Below, in pieces: positions 9,281-19,903 of a stretch of 64,000 nt of DNA. Source of the DNA: a virus. The stretch spans positions 1 to 64,000 of the IMG/VR virus record IMGVR_UViG_3300005338_000001, one strand, 5' to 3'. The translations under genes and the position numbers were made by a program. The notes under the pieces are model-generated. The model was not told where the DNA came from and searched no databases. It saw nothing but the letters and a program-made list of their open reading frames with translations. The first letter of the stretch is position 1. Each line of letters starts with the position of its first letter.

Positions 9281-11110
9281 TTAATAATCGAAGCCGTACT
9301 TTTCCTCCACCAGTTCTGCCGGTTGCCACTTGCCGCGTCTTGCGCCTGCCGTGACCGGCATCCGCGCATCTTCCAGGTTCGTCGGCACAGCTTCGCGGTC
9401 TGCCGCCTCGGCCTTGTTCTTAAAGGCATTCCACTGCGCTGCCGCGTGCAGGTTCGCGGCCCGCGAGACGGCGGCGCGGAACTTGAGCTTGGATCGGGCG
9501 TGGTCGAGGCCCATGAAAAAACTGTCTCCTTTGTCGGGGCTGCGACCGATTCGTTTCTTCATGGTGCGCTTCGGCTCCACCGCTCGCTTTCCTCCGGACG
9601 TTCCTCGCTTTTCCGGATCTTCCAGCCTCGCCATCATATCGGCGGCAATTCCCTTCGTGATGCCGCGCAGTTGGCCGCTGCGCAGGAAGTCTTGCCCGAC
9701 GAACCACACCTCCGAAACCCTATCCGCGTACTGTTCCGATGCTGGTAGTGAGCGTGGCCCGCATGGTGTCTCAGAAGCGGAGTCTGCCAGACAGATGCCG
9801 TTCGGTGAACTGTCGCCAAGCTTCTCGCAAAGGAAACTCCCGAACGTCACACCTCCTCCGGTAGCGTCATAGACGATGTTAGATGGCATGGCATTGTGTT
9901 TCCGGCACAGGGCAATGAACTCATCCACTATCTGCGGCATCCGCTCCCGCTTTGGATCGCTTTCCTTCATCAGTTCCTCAACCTCCACCTGTAAGGTTTG
10001 CAATCCTGATTTCGACGTTCCAAACGAAAGGATGTGCGCTGGGCACTCATCCCCGCCGCTCGCCCATGACGGATCGCAAACCCCGATCTTCAGCGGCGGT
10101 ATCATCCACTCATCGTCACGAAGCTTCGTCATGGACCCAGAATTCACGATCTCGGGTTCGGAATAGATGCAGCCCGTGACGGTTCCTTCTGGGCACCAGA
10201 ATCCCTTCACCATGCGCCAGAAGTTCAGGCTGTTGGGGCCAAGTTCTGCGATGACCTTTTCGATGTCTTCCTGTGTCGGCAGGAACGCGAATATCTTTTT
10301 CCCGAGCGTGATGTTTGGAGACAACGTGAGGTCGAACCGGATCGCGATGCCGAGCCGCGTCTTCCAGCGCGTTGCTGTTTCGTCGATGGTCTTCCATCCG
10401 CCGACCGGCTCCGACAACGCGCCATGCGGATCGAAACGCGAGTTCGGGTTGCCGATGCCAATGAACTGGAATTCCGGGTTGGAACTGAGGTTCGAGGTCG
10501 CGGCCTCAATGAGCGCGTGCGACAGCTCTGGCAACTCGTCTCCGATCAGGAAGACGCGCGTGTTCTTGATGCCGATCAGCTTCCCGATGTTTTGCTTCTC
10601 CTGCTTGCTCTCACCGGCGATCAACGCGATGCCGGATCTTTCCGATCCATAGATTCGGTTCTCTGAATCGTACGTCCGTATGGTGCCGATGGACGAGACG
10701 AGTTTGCCAGGCATACCTGTAGCGGCGCGGAACAAATCCTCAATAGCCCCCCAGATGCGTTTGCGGCTTTCCTTGAGCGACGTGGACGTGACCAGCACCA
10801 TTGTGTCGAGCGGCGCGGCCAGCCAGTTGACGATTGCCCACAGCGCAAAGAACTGCGTTTTCCCCGAGCTCCTGCCTCCCGACACCGACACGTACTGGTA
10901 GTTGCACGCCGCTTCCAGCATCTCCTCTGCCCACGGATGCCACACGAAGCCGTGCTTGCGTCCGTCGTCGGGCCACAGGATCGCCACGATCTTTTTGAAG
11001 TGCCCAGCCTTCCCGAGTCCGCCCTGTTCGGTCATGATTCCATGTCGGAAGCACATCAGTTCGACGGTCAGAATTTTGTCGGTGGGCCAGTCTCGGCCGT
11101 ACAAGTGCAT
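9281..11110 (-). CDS. terL: Terminase large subunit
   Basis: Walker A GGRSSGKT, Walker B LIGDE, coupling motif GIGNP, RNase H-like nuclease acidic motifs (VCDPS..GGD, YDATG, SPDKGDS). Confidence 0.92.
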   Translation of the reverse strand: MHLYGRDWPTDKILTVELMCFRHGIMTEQGGLGKAGHFKKIVAILWPDDGRKHGFVWHPWAEEMLEAACNYQYVSVSGGRSSGKTQFFALWAIVNWLAAPLDTMVLVTSTSLKESRKRIWGAIEDLFRAATGMPGKLVSSIGTIRTYDSENRIYGSERSGIALIAGESKQEKQNIGKLIGIKNTRVFLIGDELPELSHALIEAATSNLSSNPEFQFIGIGNPNSRFDPHGALSEPVGGWKTIDETATRWKTRLGIAIRFDLTLSPNITLGKKIFAFLPTQEDIEKVIAELGPNSLNFWRMVKGFWCPEGTVTGCIYSEPEIVNSGSMTKLRDDEWMIPPLKIGVCDPSWASGGDECPAHILSFGTSKSGLQTLQVEVEELMKESDPKRERMPQIVDEFIALCRKHNAMPSNIVYDATGGGVTFGSFLCEKLGDSSPNGICLADSASETPCGPRSLPASEQYADRVSEVWFVGQDFLRSGQLRGITKGIAADMMARLEDPEKRGTSGGKRAVEPKRTMKKRIGRSPDKGDSFFMGLDHARSKLKFRAAVSRAANLHAAAQWNAFKNKAEAADREAVPTNLEDARMPVTAGARRGKWQPAELVEEKYGFDY

Positions 11111-11311
11111 GTTTTTAAGCGAATATCCGATACAGTATTGCTGCGAACCATCCGCCGAATCCGAGATACATCAAAATCCACCAACAACGCCACTCTCTGT
11201 CTGATTTCGCCTGCCGTTTAGGGTCGAGCGAATAAAAAGGGTTTCGAGGAAACATCGCCGCGCACTTTGTCAGTTCTTGCGCCGCGCGTCAAGCACTGGT
11301 ATGGCACTGAA

Positions 11312-11881
11312 ATGCCTGACGACACAGAACCAAAGGACGCCACTGTTTACGAGGATGGCGACATTCGGGTGGCGATTTACACCTGTTCCCTCACCCATTC
11401 CTCAACAGCAAACGAAATCAACACCAGCTTCCGTATTAACTGGCGCGGCAACGGCGACAAGGGCACGATGGATGTGCAGCCTTGGGAACGTGCGGTCGAG
11501 ACCGCTGAAGCCAAATTTGCCGAACTGCTGGCGAAGCGCGAGACAGACGGCCACTACATCGATCCGGTCTCCAAACTTCCGTCTGCCACCAAGCAGCAGA
11601 TCCTTGCATGGGCCGGCGCGGTGCCGCTGGAACTCATGAATGTGCCGATCAATCTGTGGCCGACTGCCGCACGGGCGCGACTGTTGGCCATCACGACCGC
11701 GCAGGTTTTTGCTGTCACGGAAGCCACGAAGCCGAAGGATCTCAAGACGCTGCTGGACATTGTGAACATCATCGATCCTCAAGGTGCGCCACAGCCGAAG
11801 CAGAACGGGAGTAATGTGAACATCACGCTGCTGAGCGGCGCGCTTCCGCCGCTGAAGGTCGTGCGGGATGTAGCTGGCTAG
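11312..11881 (+). CDS. Hypothetical protein, possible terminase small subunit
   Basis: Divergent from terL; C-terminal KDLKTLLDI..NVNITLL resembles TerS oligomerisation/beta-barrel tails; promoter-like sequence just upstream of ATG 11312. Confidence 0.4.
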   Translation: MPDDTEPKDATVYEDGDIRVAIYTCSLTHSSTANEINTSFRINWRGNGDKGTMDVQPWERAVETAEAKFAELLAKRETDGHYIDPVSKLPSATKQQILAWAGAVPLELMNVPINLWPTAARARLLAITTAQVFAVTEATKPKDLKTLLDIVNIIDPQGAPQPKQNGSNVNITLLSGALPPLKVVRDVAG

Positions 11882-12507
11882 CCTCGCTTCCAGCAAAACA
11901 CGGGCGTCGTTTCGATGTCCTTCTGATTCTTCTGGATCGCATCCAGCGGGACATGAACAAGCAGGCGAAGATCGCAGCCACAATGTAGGCACGCCTTGAG
12001 CGCGTCATTGCTCGACGTTCGCTTGTTACCGATCAGGTTGAACAGCTTACCGGCCCATCGGCCAAAGAAGTTGGTGCATGACGGGCAACCGGCCAAGTGT
12101 ACATCAGCGTTCAATGGACAGAGAGCGCACACAGCGGCACGTTGATCTGCAACCTCCTGCGTCACTGTTTCCTCAGAACGCCACCAATCCTTCACCGTAT
12201 CAAAAAACTCGAAGATCGAGTCGCCGGTGATCAGCTTCTTGGCCTGCAACAGTGCCGGACTCGACTCGTCCACGTAGGCGCAGCACTTCGCCCGCTTCTC
12301 TGGCGGCAGCGCCCGGCAGCAGCAATCTTGAAACTGCGCTTTCGGATTGTCCAGCGCGATGCCGCGCGCGTTGCATTCCTTTAGCCACAGCGCCCATAGT
12401 TCTTCGTGCGAGTGGCTGCGCACGAGGTCGTCTGTGCCGGGCAAGTACGCGACGACGGGCGTGTGCATCGCGCTCACCCACCACATCTTCGTTTCTTCAG
12501 CGCCCAC
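11878..12507 (-). CDS. Cys-rich putative metal-binding protein
   Basis: CCC, CC, CALC, CPSC, CLHCGC and terminal CW. Confidence 0.6.
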   Translation of the reverse strand: MGAEETKMWWVSAMHTPVVAYLPGTDDLVRSHSHEELWALWLKECNARGIALDNPKAQFQDCCCRALPPEKRAKCCAYVDESSPALLQAKKLITGDSIFEFFDTVKDWWRSEETVTQEVADQRAAVCALCPLNADVHLAGCPSCTNFFGRWAGKLFNLIGNKRTSSNDALKACLHCGCDLRLLVHVPLDAIQKNQKDIETTPVFCWKRG

Positions 12508-15500
12508 GTTTCGCCTCCCGTTGCTGCTTCAGTGCCAGCCACGGCTTCAGCAGCGCCTTCTCATGGTCGTCGGCCTTTTCCATCACGCGCTTCATTTGGT
12601 CGGCGCTGAAGTAGTAGGTGGACGCGACAATCGGCGGCAGCTTTGACAGCTTTATGGCGGTGCTGGCCTGCGCCTCGGTGATCTTCTTTTCACGAATCAG
12701 TTGGCGCAGTTCCGCGTAGTCGCCTTTCGAGGCCATGAGCTTCGCGTGCGCCTTGGCGACATTTTGCTCGTGCTTCTGCTCGGTGATGCTGCCAGCCGGG
12801 ATTCGGGACTTGTTGATCTCGGACACCAGCTTCATGGCCGGTGTGTCGGTCAGCTTGCGCGGGGCCGGCATGACTCCAATCATCGGCGCGATCATTTTGG
12901 TTCCGCTCTCGCCGCGCTCTTGCAGCTTTTGCTCGCCCCGAATCCAGAACGGGACAAACGCCTTCGCGACATACTTGCCGGTCTGCGCGATCTGCTGCGC
13001 GGCGTTGTCGTCCTCGTGTCGAACTTCGACGCCGTAGTAGTCGCGGTTTTTGATGATGTCACCGATCAACGAAAGGATCGGATGCGCCTTGTCCACCAGG
13101 GTTGTGAGTGCTGCCTCTTTGTAGGCGATCACGTCCTTCATGTAGGTCGGCAGGATGAAGCGCTCAGGATTGCCGCGCTCGTCCTTTCCGCCCGTTCGGA
13201 ATGCCCACCAGTCCTTGTCGGTCGGCTGTTGTCCCGTGAAGGCGTAGGTCAGCAGTCCGTTCAGGAGCGTCACTCCGACACCGAGCGAGATGGCATAAGC
13301 CACGCGATCCGGCACGTCGGATGGTAGCTTGCCGTCCTTTGCCCACTGTCGGAAGAATCCAATCATGTCCTTGAAGGCTCCGCCGAGTTCCGCGATCGTA
13401 CCGCCAGTCCAACCGGGTGCCCGCACGACACCTTGCACGAAGTTCTTCGCTGCGTTGTGGGCGAACAGCCTGTCGTAACGGACCTGCCCAAGACGCGAAT
13501 CCACGCGGTTCCACGCCTGACGGAATTGCGGTGTCAGTTCCTCCAGAGTCTTGCCGGGATTCTGCTCAATGATGCGGTTCGCCAGATGCGCCCAGACGCC
13601 CGCTTTCTGTCGCGGCACCAGTCCCTTCATCAGAACGTGCGCCATCAGTTCGGTGGCGGCGATGGGGCTGCGCAGTGCAGCGCGGACACGATGGCCGCTG
13701 AACCAGTCGCGTTCCATCTTGGCGTGCTGCTCGGTCATCAGGCCGCGTTCCATTGTGAATCCTCCGCCCGCCAGTTCGGTTGCGCGCACCAGCTTCGCCA
13801 TCTTGGGGTCAATGACGGCATTCGGATCGCGCCATGCGTTCAGCAGTCGATTGCCAGTACTGAATGTGTCCTTCACGGCACGGAGGAAGTCGTAACCCGT
13901 CTGCGCCAGTTGGCCGGCAGTGCGGTTGCCGCGCAACACCCCGAACACGTCCTTGATCACATTTGCTCCTGCGGAGATCTGCGCCTCAGCGGTGGTGAAT
14001 CCGGCATGGAAGGCTGAGCCAACGCCAAGCTGAAACTGGTTGAGGGCGTTTGCCGCCGCCATCCAGCCGGTAAAGAGTTTCCCGAAGTGCTGATTGTTGT
14101 AGAGCGAAGACGACAGGTAGTTGTTCAGCACGTCGCCCACGGCATTCGGGACGATCCGGCGTCCCATCAGCATCATGCCCGGCACCTTCACCTTCATGGT
14201 GGTGCCTTCGGGTGGAATCCCGTCGAGTCCGACATCAGCCGGGTCGATCTGGTTTCCGTCTTCATCCAAAAGTCTTGAGTTTTTACTCGTGACCTCGATC
14301 TCGCGCGGTCCCCACACGTTGCCGTATTTGTCGTTGAGGTACTGCCATCCTTCGGGCGGTTGCTCCGACAGGCGAGCGATCTGCATCTGGCCTTTGTCTT
14401 TGAGGTCTTTGATGACCTGTTGCGCCATGATGTGCCGGTCGAGTTCCGCCCAGCCAAGCTTCATGATGTCCACTGGATTGTAGCTGGCGGGCCGCAAACC
14501 GAACTCGAATGCCGTGCGAATGTCCTGATCAAAAACCTTCTGCTTTCGGAACGATTGCCGGCCAAGCAGCGGTGTCTTGGTGAGGTATCCGAGCGCGTCC
14601 TTGTCGGATGCTGTGCCGTTTTTCAGTGCCTCGTCCACGCGCGACTTCACCCATGCGCGCTGTTCTGGCAGCGTGTCGTTGACGCCCATTCCTTCCGGAA
14701 TGATGCCTTCGGTGCGAGCTTGTTCCATCGCGAAATTGAAGGCTTTGCGGCTCTGCTCCGTCCAGATGCCCTTCATGTAGTTTTCCCGAAGGCTCAGGAT
14801 CGGAGCATCCGCCTCATCCAACAGATCGATGCGTTTCCGGTCTTCACGCTCCTTGATGTCGGCCAGTTCCTTGAGCTTGCCGGTCTGCTCCTTGCCGGTG
14901 CTCATGTCCGACATGAACTGCACGCCTGGATTACTTTCCTGCGGCATGTTCTCGCGATTCACGCCCTTGCGCTCAAACAGTCGCCAGAATGGGTTGACCT
15001 GATCGTTCAGGCTTTCCTGTCGGTGGTGCATCTCCCCGAGTCGTGCTCCGATCAGTTCTGCCGCGGCCAGATGCTCAGGACTTTTAGTTGTCGGCGCGAC
15101 CAGCGAGGCGATGCCGTCCTTCATGTCGCGCAGGATGTCGAGTCCCGGCGCGGCCAGTTCTTTCGCCTTCTCGTAACCTTCACGCAACACGTCTCCTGAA
15201 ACCGCCCCCGCCTCGCTGCTGTTCAGCGGACGCAGCCTGCCGGGCGACGGTTCGGAACTGTTGCTCGGCATCGGCCTGTCCTGTGGTGTGGCGGCGCTGG
15301 GCAGCAGATGCGACTCCAGCGCCTCCTTGGCGGCAGCCTCGTCGAACTGGTGGCCGGTGCTGCGGAAGTGCTCCAAAGCGGCAGCAATCGCACGGGCGAC
15401 GCTGCGGGTGGCCTTCAGGACGCCGATGGCGATGTCGATGCCGGTGTTCCAGATGGCGCGGAAGCTCGCCGGACTCATCAATGGAAAGATTTCGAGTTGT

Positions 15501-18055
15501 GCGGTTCCGTTCGGTTTCTTGCGGGCAGCTTCGAGGCGAGCGATAGCGCGGTCGATTGCGCCGGACTGAAGCTCATCCGTCAAAAGTTGGTGCGCTTCGT
15601 CAGTGTCGGTCGCTGAACCGTTCTTCACCACGTTGCTCCGAATCTTCTTCGCAAGTTCACTCTCCTGTCCGTTCTTGGCGACTTCGCCACGGTACGTCTC
15701 GCGCAACGCTGGCGTGATGGCGCTCTTGAGCGGCTTCTCCGAAGCGGGCGCAGGCGTCTCCACCACAGCCTCAGCTTTTGTTTCTGGCTGCTCTGATTTC
15801 AGCCTTGCGATTAGTTTTTCAACCGCAGCCTGAGAACGCTTATCTCCTCCGTACATCGCGTTGTTGTCGATGGCAACCGCGTCGGTGATTTTTCCGGTGT
15901 TGTTGTATGCACTGACCGCCGCCTTCTGCGCCGCTGTAAGCCCTTTTGTGGGCAGCGATGGCCCAGCCGCCGGAGCCTCAGCCTTCGGTGCTGGCGGCCT
16001 CTCTTCCGCCGCGAGTGGCTTCGGCTCTGGCTGCTCGTTCGCGCGCAGGTCTGAACTGTGTAAATCTTCCTTTGACTCAGATTGACCGGAAATTCTTGCG
16101 ATCTGTCCTGAAAGATATCGCCCTTCAAATACTTTTGATCCGCCCATTTCCACAATGAAACCGCGCTGATCCTCTGGCGGTCGTTGTAAACCGTGTTCCT
16201 TCGCAATTTCATCGTGTCCCTGATTCCATTTGCTGCCAACCTTTAGGCCATTCGCTGTCTTGATCGCTGTGCTGATCACGCGCATTCCGGTTCCCGGAGA
16301 CTCAGGAGGCAATCCGTCATTTGGGGCATCTACTTTCAAATCTTGCTTATCCGGTTGCCGCGCCGCGACCGGCGCTGTCGGCTGGGTGGAAACGGGTTCG
16401 CGATACGCCTCTGGAACGAACGCCATGATCTTCGCCTTCTCGGATGGCGCGATGCTTGGGTCGTTTCGGATTGCTTCCACGAAATCCTTGTTCTGCAAAT
16501 CAGCGGGCACGAACGGCCATTTATCGTCCCATCCTTTCGCGCGCCGTTCAGCCAATGCTTCGTCCATCCATGTCGGTTTAGGCGCTACTTTCGGTGTTTC
16601 CTGCCGCACTTGCACTCCGACATCTTGCGGCGACACTTCTTGCAAACTTTTTCCTTCGTCTTCAACTGGCTTCACCTCCTTGGGTGTTTCGGTTTCTGTC
16701 TTCTTCGCAGATTCCTCATCCTGCTTCTTCAGCACGGCATCCGTCTCGGACTGCACGCGCCGCATCTCCGCATCGTAGGCTGCAAACGCTGCCGCCTCAT
16801 GCGTATCGGCCAACGACCGCTCGGCAGCGGCGGTCTGTGGCATCCCTGTAGCTTCAGCCTGCGCGGCAGCGGCGCGCGACGCCTCAGCGGCATCCAAGTG
16901 CGGCTTGGCGGCTTCAGCGGCCCGTGCGCCGTGCGCGACGAGCCGCTGCGCGCCGTGCATGATGGCGTTCTGGAGCACGAAGGCGGGGATGCTGCCGCCG
17001 AGGTCTTCAGAGAACTTCTTCCAACTCATCGGCTTGCCGTGAACTGTGGCGTCATAGAGATGATCCGCCAGCGTCATGGCAAGCGCGTCGGTAGTGCCGC
17101 GGATGCCAGCCTGTGCGAGAATCTGCTTGGATGCCGGCAGGAAGCCAGCCGCGTCCACGGGCGGTTTCCAAGGAATCAATCCTGTTGCAGCGAATCCGAG
17201 TGCCGATCGGACGGCGGAATCGATCACGCTCACATCATCACGACCCTGCACGTACTTGGCGGTCGCGCCCTGCTCGGCTCCGGTGCGTGCGCCCTTAACT
17301 AGCAACGGCGCGACCCGCTCAACCAGCGAAGGAATGGCACGCTTGCCAGCCTGAGCGGCTGCCAGCAGGGCTTTCTCGCCCGCTTCCGTAGTGGCGCGAC
17401 CAAGCACGCGGCCAGCGGCGTCCTTGACGATTCTGGACTGTGTGCCGCCGCCTGCCGCTGATACGAGGAAGTTCACCATTGAGGCAGCACCGGAAGCAAC
17501 CGGATGCTGTTGGCGGTTCACCTCGCGCTGCAACTGTTCGCGAGCGTAGCCAACCGGATCGGCGTTCTGGTTGATCGCCTCGACTCCTGCACCTGCTGCC
17601 GCACCTGCTGCGATGTCGGCGGCAGCCATTCCTATTGGGCCTGATGGGATCGCGAGCGTCGCGGCACCAGCACCCGCAACGCCTGTCGCCAAGGCTGCTG
17701 GAAATCCGGCAGAAAGTTCGGTGCCGAATGATCCAAGCGCGCCTTCGGGAGACGGTGGTTTCGGCGTAAGCTCTGCGCGATTGATGCTCCGGTGAATGTC
17801 GTTGAATCGTCCGGTGATGGTATGAACCAAGCCGTCGAATTGATCGGGCGGCATCACGTCCTGATACTTCGGAAGTTCTGATTCGATGACGTTCTGCGCG
17901 TTGGTCGCCACTTCTCTCTGCCGTTCCGGTGTCAGTGTATCCCAAATCGGATTGCTCGCCACGTCCACCTCAGACAGAAACTCTGGCAGCGCCTTTCGGT
18001 AATCGAACGAAGGCGCTTGAACTGGTTCCTCGGTTGCTGATCCGTAGAGCGGCAT
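12497..18055 (-). CDS. Very large internal virion (DNA ejection / polyvalent-type) protein
   Basis: 1852 aa, Ala/Gly-rich amphipathic N-terminal region, low-complexity linker, helical C-terminal domain; last large gene of the structural operon. Confidence 0.65.
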   Translation of the reverse strand: MPLYGSATEEPVQAPSFDYRKALPEFLSEVDVASNPIWDTLTPERQREVATNAQNVIESELPKYQDVMPPDQFDGLVHTITGRFNDIHRSINRAELTPKPPSPEGALGSFGTELSAGFPAALATGVAGAGAATLAIPSGPIGMAAADIAAGAAAGAGVEAINQNADPVGYAREQLQREVNRQQHPVASGAASMVNFLVSAAGGGTQSRIVKDAAGRVLGRATTEAGEKALLAAAQAGKRAIPSLVERVAPLLVKGARTGAEQGATAKYVQGRDDVSVIDSAVRSALGFAATGLIPWKPPVDAAGFLPASKQILAQAGIRGTTDALAMTLADHLYDATVHGKPMSWKKFSEDLGGSIPAFVLQNAIMHGAQRLVAHGARAAEAAKPHLDAAEASRAAAAQAEATGMPQTAAAERSLADTHEAAAFAAYDAEMRRVQSETDAVLKKQDEESAKKTETETPKEVKPVEDEGKSLQEVSPQDVGVQVRQETPKVAPKPTWMDEALAERRAKGWDDKWPFVPADLQNKDFVEAIRNDPSIAPSEKAKIMAFVPEAYREPVSTQPTAPVAARQPDKQDLKVDAPNDGLPPESPGTGMRVISTAIKTANGLKVGSKWNQGHDEIAKEHGLQRPPEDQRGFIVEMGGSKVFEGRYLSGQIARISGQSESKEDLHSSDLRANEQPEPKPLAAEERPPAPKAEAPAAGPSLPTKGLTAAQKAAVSAYNNTGKITDAVAIDNNAMYGGDKRSQAAVEKLIARLKSEQPETKAEAVVETPAPASEKPLKSAITPALRETYRGEVAKNGQESELAKKIRSNVVKNGSATDTDEAHQLLTDELQSGAIDRAIARLEAARKKPNGTAQLEIFPLMSPASFRAIWNTGIDIAIGVLKATRSVARAIAAALEHFRSTGHQFDEAAAKEALESHLLPSAATPQDRPMPSNSSEPSPGRLRPLNSSEAGAVSGDVLREGYEKAKELAAPGLDILRDMKDGIASLVAPTTKSPEHLAAAELIGARLGEMHHRQESLNDQVNPFWRLFERKGVNRENMPQESNPGVQFMSDMSTGKEQTGKLKELADIKEREDRKRIDLLDEADAPILSLRENYMKGIWTEQSRKAFNFAMEQARTEGIIPEGMGVNDTLPEQRAWVKSRVDEALKNGTASDKDALGYLTKTPLLGRQSFRKQKVFDQDIRTAFEFGLRPASYNPVDIMKLGWAELDRHIMAQQVIKDLKDKGQMQIARLSEQPPEGWQYLNDKYGNVWGPREIEVTSKNSRLLDEDGNQIDPADVGLDGIPPEGTTMKVKVPGMMLMGRRIVPNAVGDVLNNYLSSSLYNNQHFGKLFTGWMAAANALNQFQLGVGSAFHAGFTTAEAQISAGANVIKDVFGVLRGNRTAGQLAQTGYDFLRAVKDTFSTGNRLLNAWRDPNAVIDPKMAKLVRATELAGGGFTMERGLMTEQHAKMERDWFSGHRVRAALRSPIAATELMAHVLMKGLVPRQKAGVWAHLANRIIEQNPGKTLEELTPQFRQAWNRVDSRLGQVRYDRLFAHNAAKNFVQGVVRAPGWTGGTIAELGGAFKDMIGFFRQWAKDGKLPSDVPDRVAYAISLGVGVTLLNGLLTYAFTGQQPTDKDWWAFRTGGKDERGNPERFILPTYMKDVIAYKEAALTTLVDKAHPILSLIGDIIKNRDYYGVEVRHEDDNAAQQIAQTGKYVAKAFVPFWIRGEQKLQERGESGTKMIAPMIGVMPAPRKLTDTPAMKLVSEINKSRIPAGSITEQKHEQNVAKAHAKLMASKGDYAELRQLIREKKITEAQASTAIKLSKLPPIVASTYYFSADQMKRVMEKADDHEKALLKPWLALKQQREAKRGR

Positions 18056-18064
18056 GGCGAGGAG

Positions 18065-19900
18065 TTACTGTACGTCCGCCGCCGATTCAACGATCTTCGG
18101 CGATTCGGTCGGTGGCAGAATCGGCACTGTCACGCCGTCCGTAGTGACGTGCGGAGTCGGCACGCCGTTCAAGTCCTGCAAAGTCACGTCGTTTCCTTCG
18201 GTCAGATGTTGCGCGACCTGATCGGCAACGTCGGGATGCAGCCCTGCCGATGAAGCGGCGTCATGGAAGTTCGCCAGCGCGGAGTTGTAGCGTGCCAACG
18301 CATCGCTCTTGATAGTCTGCTTCACGGTTTCCTTCGCCTTTGCAATATCAGGTCCGAAGTCAACCCCCATGAATCCAGCAAGCCTGCCAAGACTTTCTGG
18401 CGTCTCAGTTTCGCCAATGATGGAAGCGTAGGCTTTCTCGGGATCAAAGCTCGCGTGCTTTTTAAGCGCGCTGATGGATTCGGCCAGATTGATCGTCTTC
18501 GCGCCTTCCTTGGCCTTTTTTGTAACGTCACTCTCAGTGCTGGGTTGTGCCCATTTCGGCATGAGCTTCGGAGCCTTGGACTTCACCGGCAACGCGACCT
18601 TCCGAGCTTCCGTCGCCTTCGGTGCATCCGAACCCCAAATGGCTGAGGTTGTGTCAGGCTTCGCGATCTCGGTTGCGGGCGCATCCGGCAGCACGATGCC
18701 GCTCTGGTGCGCGTTGTCGTCGGTGCCGTGATTTTCTAGATGGGTTTGGATTTGCTGCCGTTGCGCCTCAATCTCGTTCTGTTTTTCCGAGACGTAATCT
18801 GCCGTGGACTTCCCGGCCTTCTTGGCAGCCGCATCAAAATCGGCGCTCAGGCTGGAGTATTTCTTGTCCAGCTTGTCGAGGTTGGAAAGCTGGGCCTTGA
18901 GTCGCGAGGTCTGCTGCGGAGCCTTGCGGATGTCCTGCGTCTGCTGGCTTCTTGCGTTCGTCAACTCCTGCTGCATAGCCTGATGCGCGAAGCCGTCAAG
19001 CTGTTGCTCAATCTCCTCTGGCGTCATCGAACGCATGGCCTTGATTCGCCCCGCCGAATCTTCGTATCCCGGAAGAATCGGAAGGCTCGGATTGGCGATC
19101 ATCGAAAGGACATCTGTGCGGGCCTTTTTACCGGCAGCGCTCACCCTGCCTTGAATGGCTGGCGTCATGGCAATGCCGCTCACGTCGAGTTCCTTTTGCG
19201 CCTTCTCTGTGGCGGTCATCTGACCCTTCGCATTCCACGCCAAGGCTGAGTTTGGATTGAGGCGAATCTGCTCCTTCTGTTCCGCAACTTTCGCGTCGTG
19301 CTTCATCATCATCATGTTGGATGAGACGAAGTTTCCATTCGCGTCCCTCACGACGTACGGAGCCTTTCGGATCGCGTCGTATCCGAGCACGCTTCCAAAA
19401 TGTTCAAAGTCCTTGATGGATTCCTGCGCATCCTTCAACGCGGTATCAATCGCAGCCTTCCCAGCATTTGTCGCGGCCCCGTACTGATACTTCGTGCGAA
19501 GAAGGTTTACCTTCATGGCGTAGTCCGGATCGTCCGCACGTAGGTGCAGAAGTTCGATCCCGATGTTCGGGACATCAATTTCCGCCTGCCGTTCCTTGGC
19601 CCTCGCGACCAGCGCCTTCATGTAATTGGCACGCTCTTTCTCGTAGTCCAAGTCCATCTTCGATCCGTCCAAGAGCGCGCGGTGAGCCGCTATCTTGGTC
19701 CGCACTTCTTCCAGTTCCAGCTTACGCTTTTCAATCGGCTGCTTGGCGGCCTGTTCGGCGGCGATTCGCGCCTCGCGTTGCTGTGCCATCTCGGCAGCCC
19801 GATCCTTGTCCGCTTGATTGATGTCCTGAAAGCGCAACCTTGCCGCAAGTTCTCGCTGCTTTTGCGGATTGGCGGCGTCGGTGCTGTATCGAACTCCCAT
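18065..19900 (-). CDS. Putative internal virion protein (coiled coil)
   Basis: 611 aa, A/K/Q/E-rich helical, directly upstream of the 1852-aa protein. Confidence 0.55.
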   Translation of the reverse strand: MGVRYSTDAANPQKQRELAARLRFQDINQADKDRAAEMAQQREARIAAEQAAKQPIEKRKLELEEVRTKIAAHRALLDGSKMDLDYEKERANYMKALVARAKERQAEIDVPNIGIELLHLRADDPDYAMKVNLLRTKYQYGAATNAGKAAIDTALKDAQESIKDFEHFGSVLGYDAIRKAPYVVRDANGNFVSSNMMMMKHDAKVAEQKEQIRLNPNSALAWNAKGQMTATEKAQKELDVSGIAMTPAIQGRVSAAGKKARTDVLSMIANPSLPILPGYEDSAGRIKAMRSMTPEEIEQQLDGFAHQAMQQELTNARSQQTQDIRKAPQQTSRLKAQLSNLDKLDKKYSSLSADFDAAAKKAGKSTADYVSEKQNEIEAQRQQIQTHLENHGTDDNAHQSGIVLPDAPATEIAKPDTTSAIWGSDAPKATEARKVALPVKSKAPKLMPKWAQPSTESDVTKKAKEGAKTINLAESISALKKHASFDPEKAYASIIGETETPESLGRLAGFMGVDFGPDIAKAKETVKQTIKSDALARYNSALANFHDAASSAGLHPDVADQVAQHLTEGNDVTLQDLNGVPTPHVTTDGVTVPILPPTESPKIVESAADVQ

Positions 19901-19903
19901 AAA